A DNA stretch of 64,000 bases from positions 1 through 64,000 of the forward strand of contig NW_021832439.1 of assembly GCF_006345805.1 (NCBI RefSeq). The letters are read 5' to 3'. The position numbers and the translations under genes are program-made. Numbering within the stretch: the first letter of the stretch is position 1; the number at the start of each line of letters is the position of its first letter. Under the pieces are notes generated by a model. That model was given only the letters and a program-made list of their open reading frames with translations, ran no database searches and was not told the origin of the DNA. This document shows, in pieces, positions 49,087-62,046 of this stretch. The stretch is from Octopus sinensis. Lineage: Eukaryota.

Positions 49087-49420
49087 TCGTTTAACATCCG
49101 TTCTCCATGCTAGCATGGGTTGGACAGTTCGACCGGGGATCTGGGAAGCCAGAAGGCTGCACCAGGCTCCAGTCTGATCTGGCAGTGTTTCTACAGCTGG
49201 ATGCCCTTCCTAACGCCAACCACTCTGAGAGTGTAGTGGGTGCTTTTTACGTGCCACCAGCATAGCAGCCAGGTAAGGCTGGCAATGGCCACGATAGGAT
49301 TGGTGCATTTTACGTGCCACCGGCACGGAAGCCAGTCAAGGCGGCGCTGGCATCGGCCACGATTTGGATGGTGCTTTTTACGTGTCACTGGCACAGAAGC
49401 CAGTCAAAGTGGCGCTGTAT
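49085..49420 (-). mobile_element. Family C retroposon
   Basis: Reverse copy. Confidence 0.85.
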
Positions 49421-49688
49421 TATTATTATTATTATTATTATTATCATTAGCACACCACGCAGCATTTCCTCCACCTTTCTGAGTTCAAAAGCCACCTAGG
49501 TTGACTTAGCCTTTCATCTTTTGAGGGCGATAAAATAAAATACCAGCCAAGCACTGGGGCTGATGAAATCCACTAACCTCTCCATTCAAAATTGCTGGCC
49601 CTGTGCCTAAAATAGAAACCATTGTTATTAACAATATTCATACCAGCTGCTACTGCGTAACCCGATTTCAATCAGACATATGATACAT

Positions 49689-50084
49689 AGGCGCAGGAGT
49701 GGCTGTGTGGTAAGTAGCTTGCTTACGAACCACATGGTTCTGGGTTCAGTCCCACTGTGTAACACCTTGGGCAAGTGACTTCTACTATAGCCTCGGGCCG
49801 ACCAAAGCCTTGTGAGTGGATTTGGTAGACGGAAACTGAAAGAAGCCCATCATATATATGTATATATATATATATATGTATATGTGTGTATAAGTTTGTG
49901 TGTCTGTGTTTGTCCCCCTAGCATTGCTTGACAACCAATGCTGGTGTGTTGACATCCCTGTAACTTAGCAGTTCAGCAAAAGAGACCGATAAAATAAGTA
50001 CTAGGCTTACAAAGAATAAGTGCTGGGGTCAATTTGCTCGACGAAAGGTCACAGTCGAATGAAACAAGTAAAAGAGTAAAAAGA
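49689..50084 (+). mobile_element. SINE family A
   Basis: Full-length copy. Confidence 0.9.
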
Positions 50085-50244
50085 GTATAGTCACGGAATG
50101 AAGCTGCAACCCTAAATGTTAAAGTTCCAGGAGATATTGCATAAGCTACCCCTAATCAACAAGCCATGCTGTATACCCTCACATGTAGTGATTGATCGTT
50201 TAGCATTTAATCTGGCCATATCCTGCCCAAATATCCTACCTGTA

Positions 50245-50634
50245 AGGCGGCGAGCTGGCAGAAATGTTAGCACGCCGGGCGAAATACTTAGCGGTATTTC
50301 ATCTGACGTTATGTACCGAGTTAAAATTCTGCCAAGGTTGACTTTGCCTTTCGTCCTTTAGGGGTCGATAAATTAAGTAACAGTTACGCACCAGGGTCGA
50401 TATAACCGACTTAATCTGTTTGTCCTCTCTGTGTTTAGCCCCTTGTGGGTGGTAAAGAAATAGGTATTTTGTCTACCGTTATGTTCTGAGTTCAAATTCC
50501 GCCGAGGTCAACTTTGCCTTTCGGGGTCGATTAAATTACCAGTTACACACTGGGGTCGATATAATCGACTTAGTCCCTTTGTCTGTTCTTGTTTGTCCCC
50601 TCTATGTTTAGCCTCCTGTGGGCAATAAAGAAAC
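50245..50634 (+). mobile_element. SINE family B with 16-bp TSD
   Basis: aaatatcctacctgta (50229-50244) and aaatattctacctgta (50635-50650). Confidence 0.9.
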
Positions 50635-50662
50635 AAATATTCTACCTGTATTGAGTTCAAAC

Positions 50663-50922
50663 CAGGAGTCGGAAACAATTACGGGGTAGCTGGAGTCAGA
50701 GTCAGTAAAACTATACTGACTGACTCTGACTCACAATGTCTTTATATTCTTTAATATAAACCACTTATAACATGTAGGCCTACTCAGAGTACAAGTGTAT
50801 GCAAATGCTTTACAAGATATGTAGACCACAATCACTTAATTACAAAAAGAGGAGTCGGAGTCAAAGGTGCCAATAGCAGAAGAGTCAGAGTCAAAGTTTT
50901 TTGTTTCGACTCCACAGCCCTG
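50663..50922 (+). mobile_element. hAT-type MITE
   Basis: CAG...CTG ends, (GAGTCG/A) subterminal repeats, right TIR cgactccacagccctg, and an 8-bp TSD gttcaaac/attcaaac. Confidence 0.75.
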
Positions 50923-51019
50923 ATTCAAACCAGCCAAATCTGGCTTATCACACCTATCCTACAATGTCATTCAAAAAAATAACCAATCATATCACTGAAA
51001 TCTCAAAGCTACCAGATAG

Positions 51020-51311
51020 CGAGCGAGGTCGTTGCCAGTGCTGCTGGACTGGCTCCTGTGCAGGTGGCACATAAAAAGCACCATTTGGGCGTGGCCGTTG
51101 CCAGTACCACCAAACTGGCCCTCGTGCCGGTGGCACGTAAAAGCACCCACTACACTCTCGGAGTGGTTGGCGTTAGGAAGGGCATCCAGCCGTAGAAACT
51201 CTGCAAGATCAGATTGGAGTCTGGTTCGCCAGACCTCAGTCAAATCGTCCAACCCATGCTAGCATGGAAAGCGGACGTTAAACGATGATGATGATGATGA
51301 TGATGGTGATG
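51020..51311 (+). mobile_element. Family C retroposon
   Basis: Repeat units plus 3' end. Confidence 0.85.
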
Positions 51312-51359
51312 AGACAAGGCATGAAGAATCAGAAACACTTTCAATAAATAAATATTATA

Positions 51360-51750
51360 CAGGAGTGGCTGTGTGGTAAGTAGCTTGTTTACCGACCACA
51401 TGGTTCCGGGTTCAGTCCCACTGCGTGGCAGCTTGGGCAAGTGTCTTCTACTATAGCCTCGGGCCGACCAAAGCCTTGTGAGTAGATTTGGTAGACGGAA
51501 ACTGAAAGAAGCCTGTTGCATATATGTTTATATATATGCGTGTGTGTGTTTGTATGTCTGTTTGTCCCCCTAGCATTGCTTGACAACCGATGTTGGTGTG
51601 TTTACGTCCCCGTCACTTAGCGGTTCAGCAAAAGACACCGATAGAATAAGTACTGGGCTTACAAAAAGAATAAGTCCTGGGGTCGAGTTGCTCGATTAAA
51701 GGCGGTGCTCCAGCATGGCCGCAGTCAAATGACTGAAACAAGTAAAAGAG
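51360..51750 (+). mobile_element. SINE family A
   Basis: Near full-length copy. Confidence 0.9.
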
Positions 51751-52429
51751 TATACATTTGACAGAGTAATCCTGAATGCTAAAGGATTAGCAATAAGGTG
51801 TAAAGACGCATTGCATTCTCTCCCTTGTTCAGTCCATACCTGTATGCTTGTTACTGCTGCTGCTGCTGTTGTTGTTGTTTAGCCCTAGGCCAGTCCTGAA
51901 AGAATTACACCCTTGGCATGTCGACAACCAACATAAATGCCGAGGTTTGATCGACCCATCGCAGAATCTATAGCAGCAGATATTAACAACATACCTCTCT
52001 GCTTAGCTATGAAGCTTGCTACACATTCCGACAACATGCATATTGCAGTTTATCATTCAGTTGTGGCAGTAGGAACTTCCAATGTGCAGCAACTCGCATC
52101 TTGGTGCTAAAGTGTTCTCACCTTATATTATTACAAGGTATTTGGGTAAATAAATGCTACTTTCCTTCCTTCTGCCGTATATAATGGCAAAACAGTTTGG
52201 TGAGTGTGTTGATTGTAAATAGTTGCGTTATAAAACTAAGCAACTGTTAGATGCATCGGGTTTTCGATACCTTTCCACCAGAAGGGGCTTTAGGGCTAAC
52301 GAAACAGAGAGATAAAGGTAGGGGGTTGTGCAGGGATATAAAGGGCAGCTGGGAGACAAAGACAGGAAGAGAAATACAAACACATATACACATACATACA
52401 CACACACATGCATTAGCAGTTTGGAGAGA

Positions 52430-52990
52430 GAGACAAATAGAGAGAGAAGAGGAGAGACAGAGAATGTGGAGATATACTAAAGACAAAATGAGAGGGAAAT
52501 GAGAGAGAGAGATAGATAAATAGACAGAGAAGACGAGAGACAGAGAAGAAGAGAGACAGAGAATGTGGAGATATACTAAAGACAAAATGAGAGGGAAAGT
52601 GAAGGGGAAAGAGCGAGAGAGATAGATAAATAGACAGAGAAGAAGAGAGAAGAGACAGAAGAAGAGAGACAGAGAATGTGGAGATATACTAAAGACAAAA
52701 TGAGGGGGAAATGAAAGAGCGAGAGAAGAGGAGAGAGAGAGAAGAGAGAGAGGAAGAGAGAGGGAAATAGAGAGAGAGACAAATAGACAGAGAAGATGAG
52801 AGACAGAGAATGTGGAGATATACTAAAGACAAAATGAGAGGGAAATGAAAGAGAGAGAGAAAGAGAGAGAGGGAAATAGAGAGAGAGACAAATAGACAGA
52901 GAAAATGAGAGACAGAGAATGTGGAGATATACTAAAGACAAAATGAGAGGGAAATAATGAAAGAGAGAGAGGGAAATGAGAGAGAGACAG
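52430..52990 (+). repeat. GA-rich minisatellite
   Basis: Five copies of gacagagaatgtggagatatactaaagacaaaatgag separated by variable GA tracts. Confidence 0.9.
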
Positions 52991-53370
52991 ACAGACAGAC
53001 AGACAGTGTTCTGTTAGTCTAACCAAGTGAGCCTGATACTTAAAACTAACTACAATGAGATCCACGGACATACTAATTTCTACAGCATACATACACACAC
53101 ACACATTCCCACAGCTGCATGCACATTCCCACACACATACACACACACATGCAACACCACCATCATCATAAATTAAAAAAGACCTCTTGTCAAGTATTCT
53201 ATCCAGATGCCTTCAGGCAGTAGTGGGAGTATACAAACAAACAATACACTCATATACTCACACTCTCTCTCTCTCTCTCTCTCTATCTCCTCATTTACCT
53301 ACCAACCTCACTTGAACAAGGCCACAGCCTCTACGCGAACACTTGACCTACAAGAAATAACAACAAAATC

Positions 53371-53784
53371 AGATCTTTTCGGGTTTGAACGGCAGTTTTT
53401 TCCAGCGGTGTCATATGAAATTGTCACCCATAATTATGACCCTAGTATCGATCTATTGCATTTCAATCTGTTTTAGGGTTAGGGGTGAGGGGAAGGGTAT
53501 CTTTTTTTCTTCAGAAATGTAAATAAACCCAATCTGTTTCTTAAACGAGGGACATATTTCATACGGCACAGAATGTTTTTTACCTCAATAGACGTCATTG
53601 ATTGGTTGAAATTGCAAAAATTGAAGGAAAAAAAACATCAAATATCTTACAAACTATAGAATTTTCTCAATAAAGCCAAGAGAAAAAGATGTTTTATAAA
53701 CACATTCTACCAGTATACGAAGTTAAAAGTGTTAAGTTACGTGGAAATTATTTTTAAAAACTGCCGGTCAAACCGAAAAGATCC
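53371..53784 (-). mobile_element. Second copy of the 420-bp MITE
   Basis: Same TIRs; the interior is the reverse complement of 42283-42703. Confidence 0.8.
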
Positions 53785-53853
53785 ACAAAATCTCCCTTGA
53801 ATCACACAACTCAGCCTTATACAAAAACAAAAGCCAAAAAAAAAAAACAGCAT

Positions 53854-54025
53854 AGGCGCAGGAGTGGCTGTGTGGTAAGTAGCTTGCTTACCAACCACAT
53901 GGTTCCGGGTTCAGTCCCACTGCATGGCACCTTGGGCAAGTGTCTTCTACTATAGCCTCAGGCCGACCAAAGCCATGAGAGTGGATTTGGTAGACGGAAA
54001 CTGAAAGAAGCCTGTCGTATATCTG

Positions 54026-54056
<31 letters not shown>

Positions 54057-54272
54057 GTTCGTGTGTCTGTGTTTGTACCCCCATCATCACTTGACAACCG
54101 ATGCTGGTGTGTTTACGTCCCCGTCACTTAGCAGTTCGGCAAAAGAGACCGATAGAATAAGTACTGGGCTTACAAAAAGAATAAATCCTGGGGTCGATTT
54201 GCTCGACTGAAGGCGGTGCTCCAGCATGGCCGCAGTCAAATGACTGAAACAAGTGAAAGAGTAAAAGAGTAA
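53854..54272 (+). mobile_element. SINE family A
   Basis: Full-length copy. Confidence 0.9.
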
Positions 54273-54644
54273 AGCAGCACAATAGGCATAGTCGTGGCCT
54301 GGCCCCATGGTAAGAAGTTTGCCAGCAGAGGGACTGAACCTAGAACCAGGAAGTAACGAAGAAAACTTCTTACCGTAAAACTACACCTTCACCTACAGCA
54401 TGGTTAATTTTGTTTTCACCTTTTTCTCTCGAATATAAAATGTCACTGGCCTCTGTGTTATTCTTTCTCATTATATCTATTTACAATCTCTCTTTTCAAT
54501 AAAAAATTAAATATTTGATTAGTCACTTGTATGACCTCCAAGCTCTCTTATCTGCCAAACACTTCTTATAAATCTTTCTTATATTTACAGAGATATACTT
54601 GCATAGCAAGTAACTTGATCTGAGATCGTGTGCTGAAACAAAAA

Positions 54645-54978
54645 CATTTGCAGCGTGGAAGGTTTTTTTGTTTGTTAGTTCCTTCTCGAGCCATGCCTGG
54701 CTCATAAGGGCCGGTTTCCCGGTTTCCTTGGCGTATAGGTTCCCCACCTGGACGGGACGTCGGTCCATCGCAGGTGAGCTGCAAGATGCAGGAGGAAAGA
54801 GTGAGAGAGAAAGTTGTGGCAAAAGAGTCAGCAGAAGTTCGCCATTACCTTCTGAGGGAGTCGCATGGAGCTTAGGTGTTTCGCTCATAAACACACACAT
54901 CGTCCAGTCTGAGATTCGAACCTGCGATTCCTCGACCGCGAGTCCGCTGCTCTAACCACTAGGCCATGTGCCTCCACA
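54645..54978 (-). mobile_element. SINE family D variant
   Basis: Same head, with a V-domain-like gcgatggac...cgtcccgtccagg segment. Confidence 0.78.
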
Positions 54979-55096
54979 TGTTGAAGGTGTATATAAGCCA
55001 TTTAAAAACACACAAAAACCATTAGATTCACCTCAACATTTCAATTTAACTTGTGCCAAAATATTTCCGTCGCTTTGAAACCATGACCTGTTCATG

Positions 55097-55461
55097 CTAA
55101 CCAACCATATGGTTCCGGGTTCAGTCCCACTGCATGGCATCTTGGGCAAGTGTCTTCTACTATAGCCCCGGGCCGACCAAAGCCTTGTGAGTGGATTTGG
55201 TAGACGGAAACTGAAAGAAGCCCGTCGTATATATGTATATATATATATGTGTGTATGCTTGTGTGTCTGTGTTTGTCCCCCCTAGCATTGCTTGACAACC
55301 GATGCTGGTGTGTTTACGTTGCCGTCACTTAGCGGTTCGGCAAAAGACCGATAGAATAAGTACTGGGCTTACAAAGAATAAGTCCCGGGGTCGATTTGCT
55401 CGACCAAAAGGCGGTGCTCCAGCATGACCGCAGTCAAAATGACTGAAACAAGTAAAAAGAG
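55097..55461 (+). mobile_element. SINE family A, 5'-clipped
   Basis: Match from ctaaccaaccatatgg to the tail. Confidence 0.88.
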
Positions 55462-55554
55462 TATGGAATTTTTGTGTGTTTTTAAATGGCTTATAAACAC
55501 CTTCCACTCAGCAATTATTTCATATATTTCTTACTTGATATTTGGTTAACATCT

Positions 55555-55932
55555 CTGGCACCTATGCAGGTGGCACGTAAAAAGCACCCACTACACTCTT
55601 GGAGTGGTTGGCGTTAGGAAGGGCATCCAGCTGTGGAAACTCTGCCAGATCAGACTGGAGCCTGGTGCAGCCCCTGGCTTCCCAGACCCCGGTCGAACCG
55701 TCCAACCTGTGCTGGCGCGGAAAACGGACGTTAAACGATGATGATGATCTCTGTATTTTACATAAGTACATAAATGTTGGGCTATATGCATCATCATCAT
55801 CATCGTTGTTTAACGTCTGCTTTCCATGCTGGCATGGGTTGGACAGTTCGACTGGGGTCTGGGAAGCCAGGAGGCTGCACCAGGCTCCAGTCTTGATCTG
55901 GCAGGTGTTTCTACAGCTGGATGCCCTTCCAA
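55555..55932. mobile_element. Tail-to-tail inverted pair of family C copies
   Basis: + copy 55555-55748 and - copy 55790-55932, with a ~45-bp spacer. Confidence 0.85.
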
Positions 55933-56334
55933 ACACCTGGATTTTGTGGGGGGGGGGGAACAGTCAATCACACTGACCCCCAGTACTCAACTGGTACTTT
56001 ATTTATCGACCCCGAAAGGATGAAAGGCAAAGTCAAACTCAGCAGAATTTAAATAATAATAATAGTTATTTTAAATTCTTTTTTTTTTTGCCACAAGGGC
56101 AGCTTGGAGGAGGTGGGGATGAGTTGATTACATTGACCCCAGTGTTTAACTGGTACTTGTTTTATCGACTCTGAAAGGAGTGGCTGTGTAGTAAGTAGCT
56201 TGCTTACCAACCACATGGTTCCAGGTTCAGTCCCACTGCGTGGCACCTTGGGCGTCTTCTATTATAGCCTTGGGCTGACCAAAGCCTTGTGAGTGGATTT
56301 GGTAGACGGAAACTGAAAGAAGCCTGTTGTATAT

Positions 56335-56885
56335 CCTCATCATCATCATTGTTTAATGTCCGTTTTCCATGCTAGCATGGGTTGGACGGCTCGACCGGGG
56401 TCTGGGAAGCCAGGCGGCTGCACCAGGCTCCAGTCTTGATCCGGCAGTGTTTCTACAGCTGGATGCCCTTCCTAACGCCAACCACTCCGAGAGTGTAGTG
56501 GGTGCTTTTTATGTGCCACCGACACGGGGGCCAGAGGAGGCTGGCAACGACCACAATTGGTTGGTGTTTTTTACGTGCCACAAGCACGGAGGCCATCAAG
56601 GCGGTGCTAGCATCGGCCACATTCGGATGGTGCTGCTTTTTTCATGCCACCAGCACAGGGATCACAACTGTGAGAGAGAGGGTGAAAAGCTGATGACAGT
56701 TTTACAGCCTCCTGCTGTCCTGAGTTCATCATCATCATCATCGCCGTTTAACGTCCGCTTTCCATGCTGGCATGGGTTGGACGATCTTGACTGAGGACTG
56801 GCGAACCAGATGGCTGCACCAGGCTCCAATCTTGATCTGGCAAAGTTTCTACAGCTGGATGCCCTTCCTAACGCCAACCACTCCA
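56335..56885 (-). mobile_element. Two tandem family C copies
   Basis: 56335-56665 and 56727-56885. Confidence 0.82.
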
Positions 56886-57087
56886 AATTAAATATAAGCG
56901 GAGATGGTTACATCTGGAACATCTCTGATCGGTTAGAATCAGAAGTATGCTGGATGGAGGATGATGAGGGGAGGTGGTTGGAGTCAAAAACCAACAGCTA
57001 CAACAACAAACACCACTAACCAAGGAACACCACAAGATGGTGGTGGCAGCGTTGGTGGTGGTGAGCGGGGGAATTTATGATTACACG

Positions 57088-57119
<32 letters not shown>

Positions 57120-57493
57120 GGTGGTGGTTTGTTGTTGATTGCTAAATGTAAAACAATAACACGATGAGGACAAAGAGCAGCCAAATGGTGTCATAATGCG
57201 TGTACAGACATGACCATCACCACTGTTTCACCTACAACAGAGAGAGTCTTCATAGGTCTGCTAGAAATAGCAGCTAATTCCGTGTTCTGAGAAAGAAAGA
57301 AAAAAAAGAGAGAATGACAATTGAATAATAGAGTAAGAGAAAAAAATGGGATGGTCTTCACTGGATTGTCTTTGATAAGAGATCAGCTTGAGCAGCATGA
57401 GCCAAATACAACATCAAAGCATAACTCTGATGTTTTAGCTTTTTACTTATATCAGTGGACTGTGGCCATGCTGGAACACTACATTCGACCATA

Positions 57494-57640
57494 CATTTAC
57501 ATTATTTACATTTGATGGATATTTGTCCTCATCTTGTTTGTTGTTAACACAACATTTCAGCTGATGTACCCTCCAGCCTTCATCAGGTGTCTCGGGGAAA
57601 TTTTGAACCTAGGTTCTCATTCCTAAGGTATTTTTCACTG
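57494..57640 (-). mobile_element. Decayed copy of the hammerhead-bearing element body
   Basis: Same body as 36960-37100. The motif at 57546-57591 has CpG-type changes in stems II and III. Confidence 0.7.
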
Positions 57641-58082
57641 TTGTTGTTGTTGTTGTTATTATTAGTATTATTAACCAAAATGAAGTAGATTGACAAAATT
57701 ATTTTTTTAACCTGTTGAGGCTACAGTAGAAGACACTTACCCAAGGTGCCACACAGTGAGACTGAACCTGGAAGCATGTGGTTGGGAAGGAAGCTTCTTA
57801 CCACACAGCCAAGCTGTGCCTATATATGTACATATATAGTTAATCCAAACAAGAAAGCACAAAAAAACACAACAACACGAGGACATGGAACAAATATAGT
57901 ATTATTGGACGCTCAGGAAAGAAGGGAAGAAGGAGGGTTTAACGTTTCGAGCGGAGCTCTTCGTCGGAAACATAGGAGAAGGAAAGATCCAGAGAAGGGA
58001 AGACAGAGGAAAAAAATCGCCAACGGTACACACGCGGTCATATATATATATATATATATATACATATACAAAATAAATAAAT

Positions 58083-58329
58083 GCACCCTTTTAAAACCTA
58101 GCCAGGCTCATGGGCCCGCTTTCCCGGTTTCAATGGCGTATGTGTTCCCCAGCTGGACAGGACGCCAGTCCATCGCAGCGTTACTCATTTTTGCCAGCTG
58201 AGTGGACTGGAGCTACGTGAAATGAAGTGTTTTGCTCAAGAACACAACGCATCGCCCGGTCCAGGAATCGAAACCACAATTTTACGGTCACGATGCTGAC
58301 ACCCTAACCACTAAGCCACGCGCCTCCAC
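58083..58329 (-). mobile_element. SINE family D-related (tRNA head, V-domain-like segment)
   Basis: ggaggcgcgtggcttagtgg head and gcgatggactggcgtcctgtccag. Diverged relatives at ~660-895 and ~12790-13066. Confidence 0.72.
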
Positions 58330-58516
58330 TATACACACACACACATGCACAGCTATAGAATAGATGGCACATATCGTCTAAGCATCAGATAAAAGACAGA
58401 CTAAATGAAGAGGAAAAAGAAAAAAAATCATTTTATGTAGTGATTAGCATTTGTTTAATTAGAATGAATACAACGAAGATTAGTCATCACACACACACAC
58501 ACATATATACATATAT

Positions 58517-58916
58517 ACTCTTTTACTCTTTACTCTTTTACTTGTTTCAGTCATTTGACTGCGGCCATGCTGGAGCACCGCCTTTAGTCGAGCAAATCGA
58601 CCCCGGGGCTTATTCTTTGTAAGCCCAGTACTTATTCTATCGGTCTCTTTTGCCGAACCGCTAAGTGACGGCAACATAAACACACCAGCATCGGTTGTCA
58701 AGCAATGCTAGGGGGACAAACACAAACACACAAATATATATATATATACATATATACGACAGGCTTCTTTCAGTTTCCGTCTACCAAATCCACTCACAAG
58801 GCATTGGTCGGCCCGGGGCTATAGCAGAGACAGTTGCCCAAGATGCCACGCAGTGGGACTGAACCCAGAACCATGTGGTTGGTTAGCAAGCTACTTACCA
58901 CACAGCCACTCCTGCA

Positions 58917-58919
<3 letters not shown>
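58517..58919 (-). mobile_element. SINE family A
   Basis: Full-length reverse copy. Confidence 0.9.
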
Positions 58920-58978
<59 letters not shown>

Positions 58979-59444
58979 TAAAATTTTTGTATTAATGGAA
59001 AACCTCTATAATTGGCTGATGAATACTCGGCATTTTAAATCCGTTGTAATACTTACAACATTTAATAAAATGATGAAGTATGAAACGATCGTACCAAATT
59101 ACCGGAGTCATTCTTGTTGCTTATTTTGATATATATATAAATATATACACACACACACACACACACATGTAGAGGTAAAATCGTGGGACATGGATGTAAA
59201 CAGACGACACTTCGAAGTCACTATCAACATCTTCCTTACAAAACCTAATCAAGCATGCTTGTGTGTGTGTGTGTGTGTGTGTGTGTTTACTGCTAAACAC
59301 ACACACCAGAAGGCACCGACCATTCAACTGGATGTCCTTTTGAAATATCTTTTCAAAAGATTACAGAGCACGTGTTACTGCTGTTTCAGCTGAGGTCACC
59401 ATGTGCATACATATATATTTTTTTATTTATAAGTACACGTACAC

Positions 59445-59836
59445 ACACACTCTCTCTTAGCACTCCGTCGGCTACGACGACGAGGGTTCCGGTTGATCCG
59501 AATCAACGGAACAGCCTGCTCGTGAAATTAACGTGTAAGTGGCTGAGCACTCCACAGACACATGTACCCTTAACGTAGTTCTCGGGGATATTCAGCGTGA
59601 CACAGAGAGTGACAAGGCCGGCCCTTTGAAATACAGGTACAACAGAAACAGGAAGTAAAAGTGAGAGAAAGTTGTGGTGAAAGAGTACAGCAGGGATCAC
59701 CACCAGCCTCTGCTGGAGCCTCGTGGAGCTTTAGGTATTTTCGCTCAATAAACACTCACAACGCATGGTCTGGGAATTGAAACCGCGATCCTACGACCGC
59801 GAGTCCGCTGCCCTAACCACTGGGCCATTGCGCCTC
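59445..59836 (-). mobile_element. SINE family D, long copy
   Basis: Head nearly identical to the 48015 copy. Confidence 0.8.
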
Positions 59837-60040
59837 ACACACACATACATATGTACATACATACCAATCAGTATTGTGGGGTTTCAGAGATGAAACCCTC
59901 TTTCCAAGTGATCCTTTTTCTCCAAAACTATATTTACATTTCTCCTTCCTATCTTTCTACATCGATAAACATTCAATACATCTTGCCTATCAGTTCGTAT
60001 CTTCCATAAAATTGCAGTTGTCTTTATTTTATATATATAT

Positions 60041-60202
60041 GGGTGCAGGAGTGGCTGTGTGGTAAGTAGCTTGCTTACCAACCACATGGTTCCGGGTTCA
60101 GTCCCACTGCGTGGCACCTTGGGCAAGTGTCTTCTACTATAGCCCCGGGCCGACCAATGCCTTGTGAGTGGATTTGGTAGACAGAAACTGAAAGAAGCCC
60201 AT

Positions 60203-60267
<65 letters not shown>

Positions 60268-60457
60268 TTTGTGTGTCTGTGTTTGTGCCCCTAGCATTGC
60301 TTGACAACCGATGCTGGTGTGTCACTTAGCGGTTCGGCAAAAGAGAGTGATAGAATAAGTACTGGGCTTACAAAAAATAAGTCCCGGGGTCGAGTTGCTC
60401 GACTAAAGGCGGTGCTCCAGCATGGCCGCAGTCAAGTGACTGAAACAAGTAAAAGAG
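60041..60457 (+). mobile_element. SINE family A
   Basis: Full-length copy. Confidence 0.9.
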
Positions 60458-60849
60458 TATATATACACACACACACAACAGGCTTCTTTCAGTTTTCATC
60501 TACCAAATCCACTCACAAGACTTTGGTTGGCCCAAGGCTGTAGTAGAAAACGCTTGCCCAAGGTGCCATGCAGTGGGACTGAACCCAGAACCATGTGGTT
60601 GGGGAGCAAGCTGTATCCAAGAAGACCCGTCAGCTGCCGCTGCAGAATTGATACTGATGCTGGTATCATGTAAAAGGCACTCATGCTGTTGCCACATTAA
60701 AAGGACCCAGCACTCTCTATGGAGTGGTTGGCATTAGGAAGGGCATCCAGCCATAGAAACCATGCCAGAACAGACAATGGATCCTGGTGAGGGCCCCTGG
60801 TCTTGCCAGCGCCAATCAAACCATCCAACCCATGGAAAACAGACATTAA

Positions 60850-61045
60850 ATGATGATGATGATGGTGGTGGTGGTGATGATGGTGGAGGTTATGATGGTG
60901 ATGGTGGTGATGATGGTGAAGGTGATGATGATGGTGATGATGAAGGTGATGGTGATGATGATGATGGTGGTGGTTATGATGGTGATGATGATGGTGGTGG
61001 TGATGATGATGGTGGTGGTGATGATGGTGATGGTGATGATGGTGG
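60850..61045 (+). repeat. (GAT/GGT)n trinucleotide tract extending a family C tail
   Basis: Follows ggaaaacagacattaaatgatgat. Confidence 0.92.
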
Positions 61046-61719
61046 TGGTGTGTGTGTTTGTGTATGCAATTATGTGTATACACAGCGGCCATGCTGGGGC
61101 TCTGCCTTGAAGGGTTAGAGTAGAAAAATCACAGACCCAGTAAATATATTCTTTGAAGTCTTGCAGTCATGCTACCAGTCTTTCTTCGTCAGATCACTAA
61201 AATACAGGGATACAAACAAACCAACACTGGCTGTTGTGGAGGTGGGACAAATACAAACATAAAGACACACACACGTACATATATACACAGCAGGCTTCCA
61301 CACAGTTTCCGTCAACCAAATTCACTCACATGGCTTGGAACTATAAGTAGAAGACACTTGCCCAATGTGCTTATCAGTGGAATTGAACTCAAAACCACGT
61401 GGTTGCAGAGTTCCTTAAACACACTGCCTTACCAGCATGGAAGCCAGTTAGCTGCTCTGGCAATGATCATGCTCGGATGGTGCTCTTAGCGCTCCACTAG
61501 CATGGATGCCAGTCATTGAATTTGATCACGTGTTTGGTAAGTTCACAGTCATCTATTTATTGTTCATTTTTCAATAAAATAGCTTTTAATTATTAATGGT
61601 GAGATACTATGGGTACATTTTCTCGGTAAACTTTCCTGGTGGTGAACTTCCTTCATGGGAATTGATGGCAGCGAACTTACCTGTAATCAGTGAATCAGGT
61701 TGTCCACAAGGGAGTTATA

Positions 61720-61945
61720 CCCAAAAAACTTTGACTCCGACTCCTCTTTATGTAATCAAGTGATTGTGGTCTCCATATCTCCTAAAGCAGATGCTTGTAC
61801 ACTGAGTAGGCCTACATGTTATAACTGGTTTATATTAAACAATAAAGATATTGTGTCGGAGTCGTCATAGTTTTACCGACTCTGACTCCAGCTACCCCGT
61901 AATTGTTTCTGACTCCACGACTCAGGCTCCGATTCCACAGCCCTG
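61720..61945 (-). mobile_element. Truncated copy of the same hAT-type MITE
   Basis: Reverse-complement similarity to 50663-50900; ends in ccacagccctg. Confidence 0.7.
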
Positions 61946-62046
61946 GTTGTAGCAGCATTATAGTTAGTTGCTACAAAGATAAAGGTGATGCCTTAAACAG
62001 AAATAATTACAGAGGAATCAAATTGTTGGACCAGGTGATGATGGTA
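61946..62046 (+). pseudogene. RTE-clade LINE reverse transcriptase fragment
   Basis: Translation SIIVSCYKDKGDALNRNNYRGIKLLDQVM matches the start of the RTE RT domain (K.KGD..D..NYRGIKLL). Confidence 0.75.

Larger units (their letters stand above)
50190..51015 (+). mobile_element. piggyBac-like MITE host carrying two nested insertions
   Basis: Flanks rejoin as tttagcattt...atatcctacctg...ttcaaaccagccaaatctgg...cctacaatgtcatt. A related minus-strand copy at ~19400-19556 ends GGG|TTAA. Confidence 0.5.

Noticed and set aside
60697-61118. Poly-His / Asp-Gly ORFs
   Set aside because: (GAT/GGT)n expansion of a retroposon tail; no splice or domain context.
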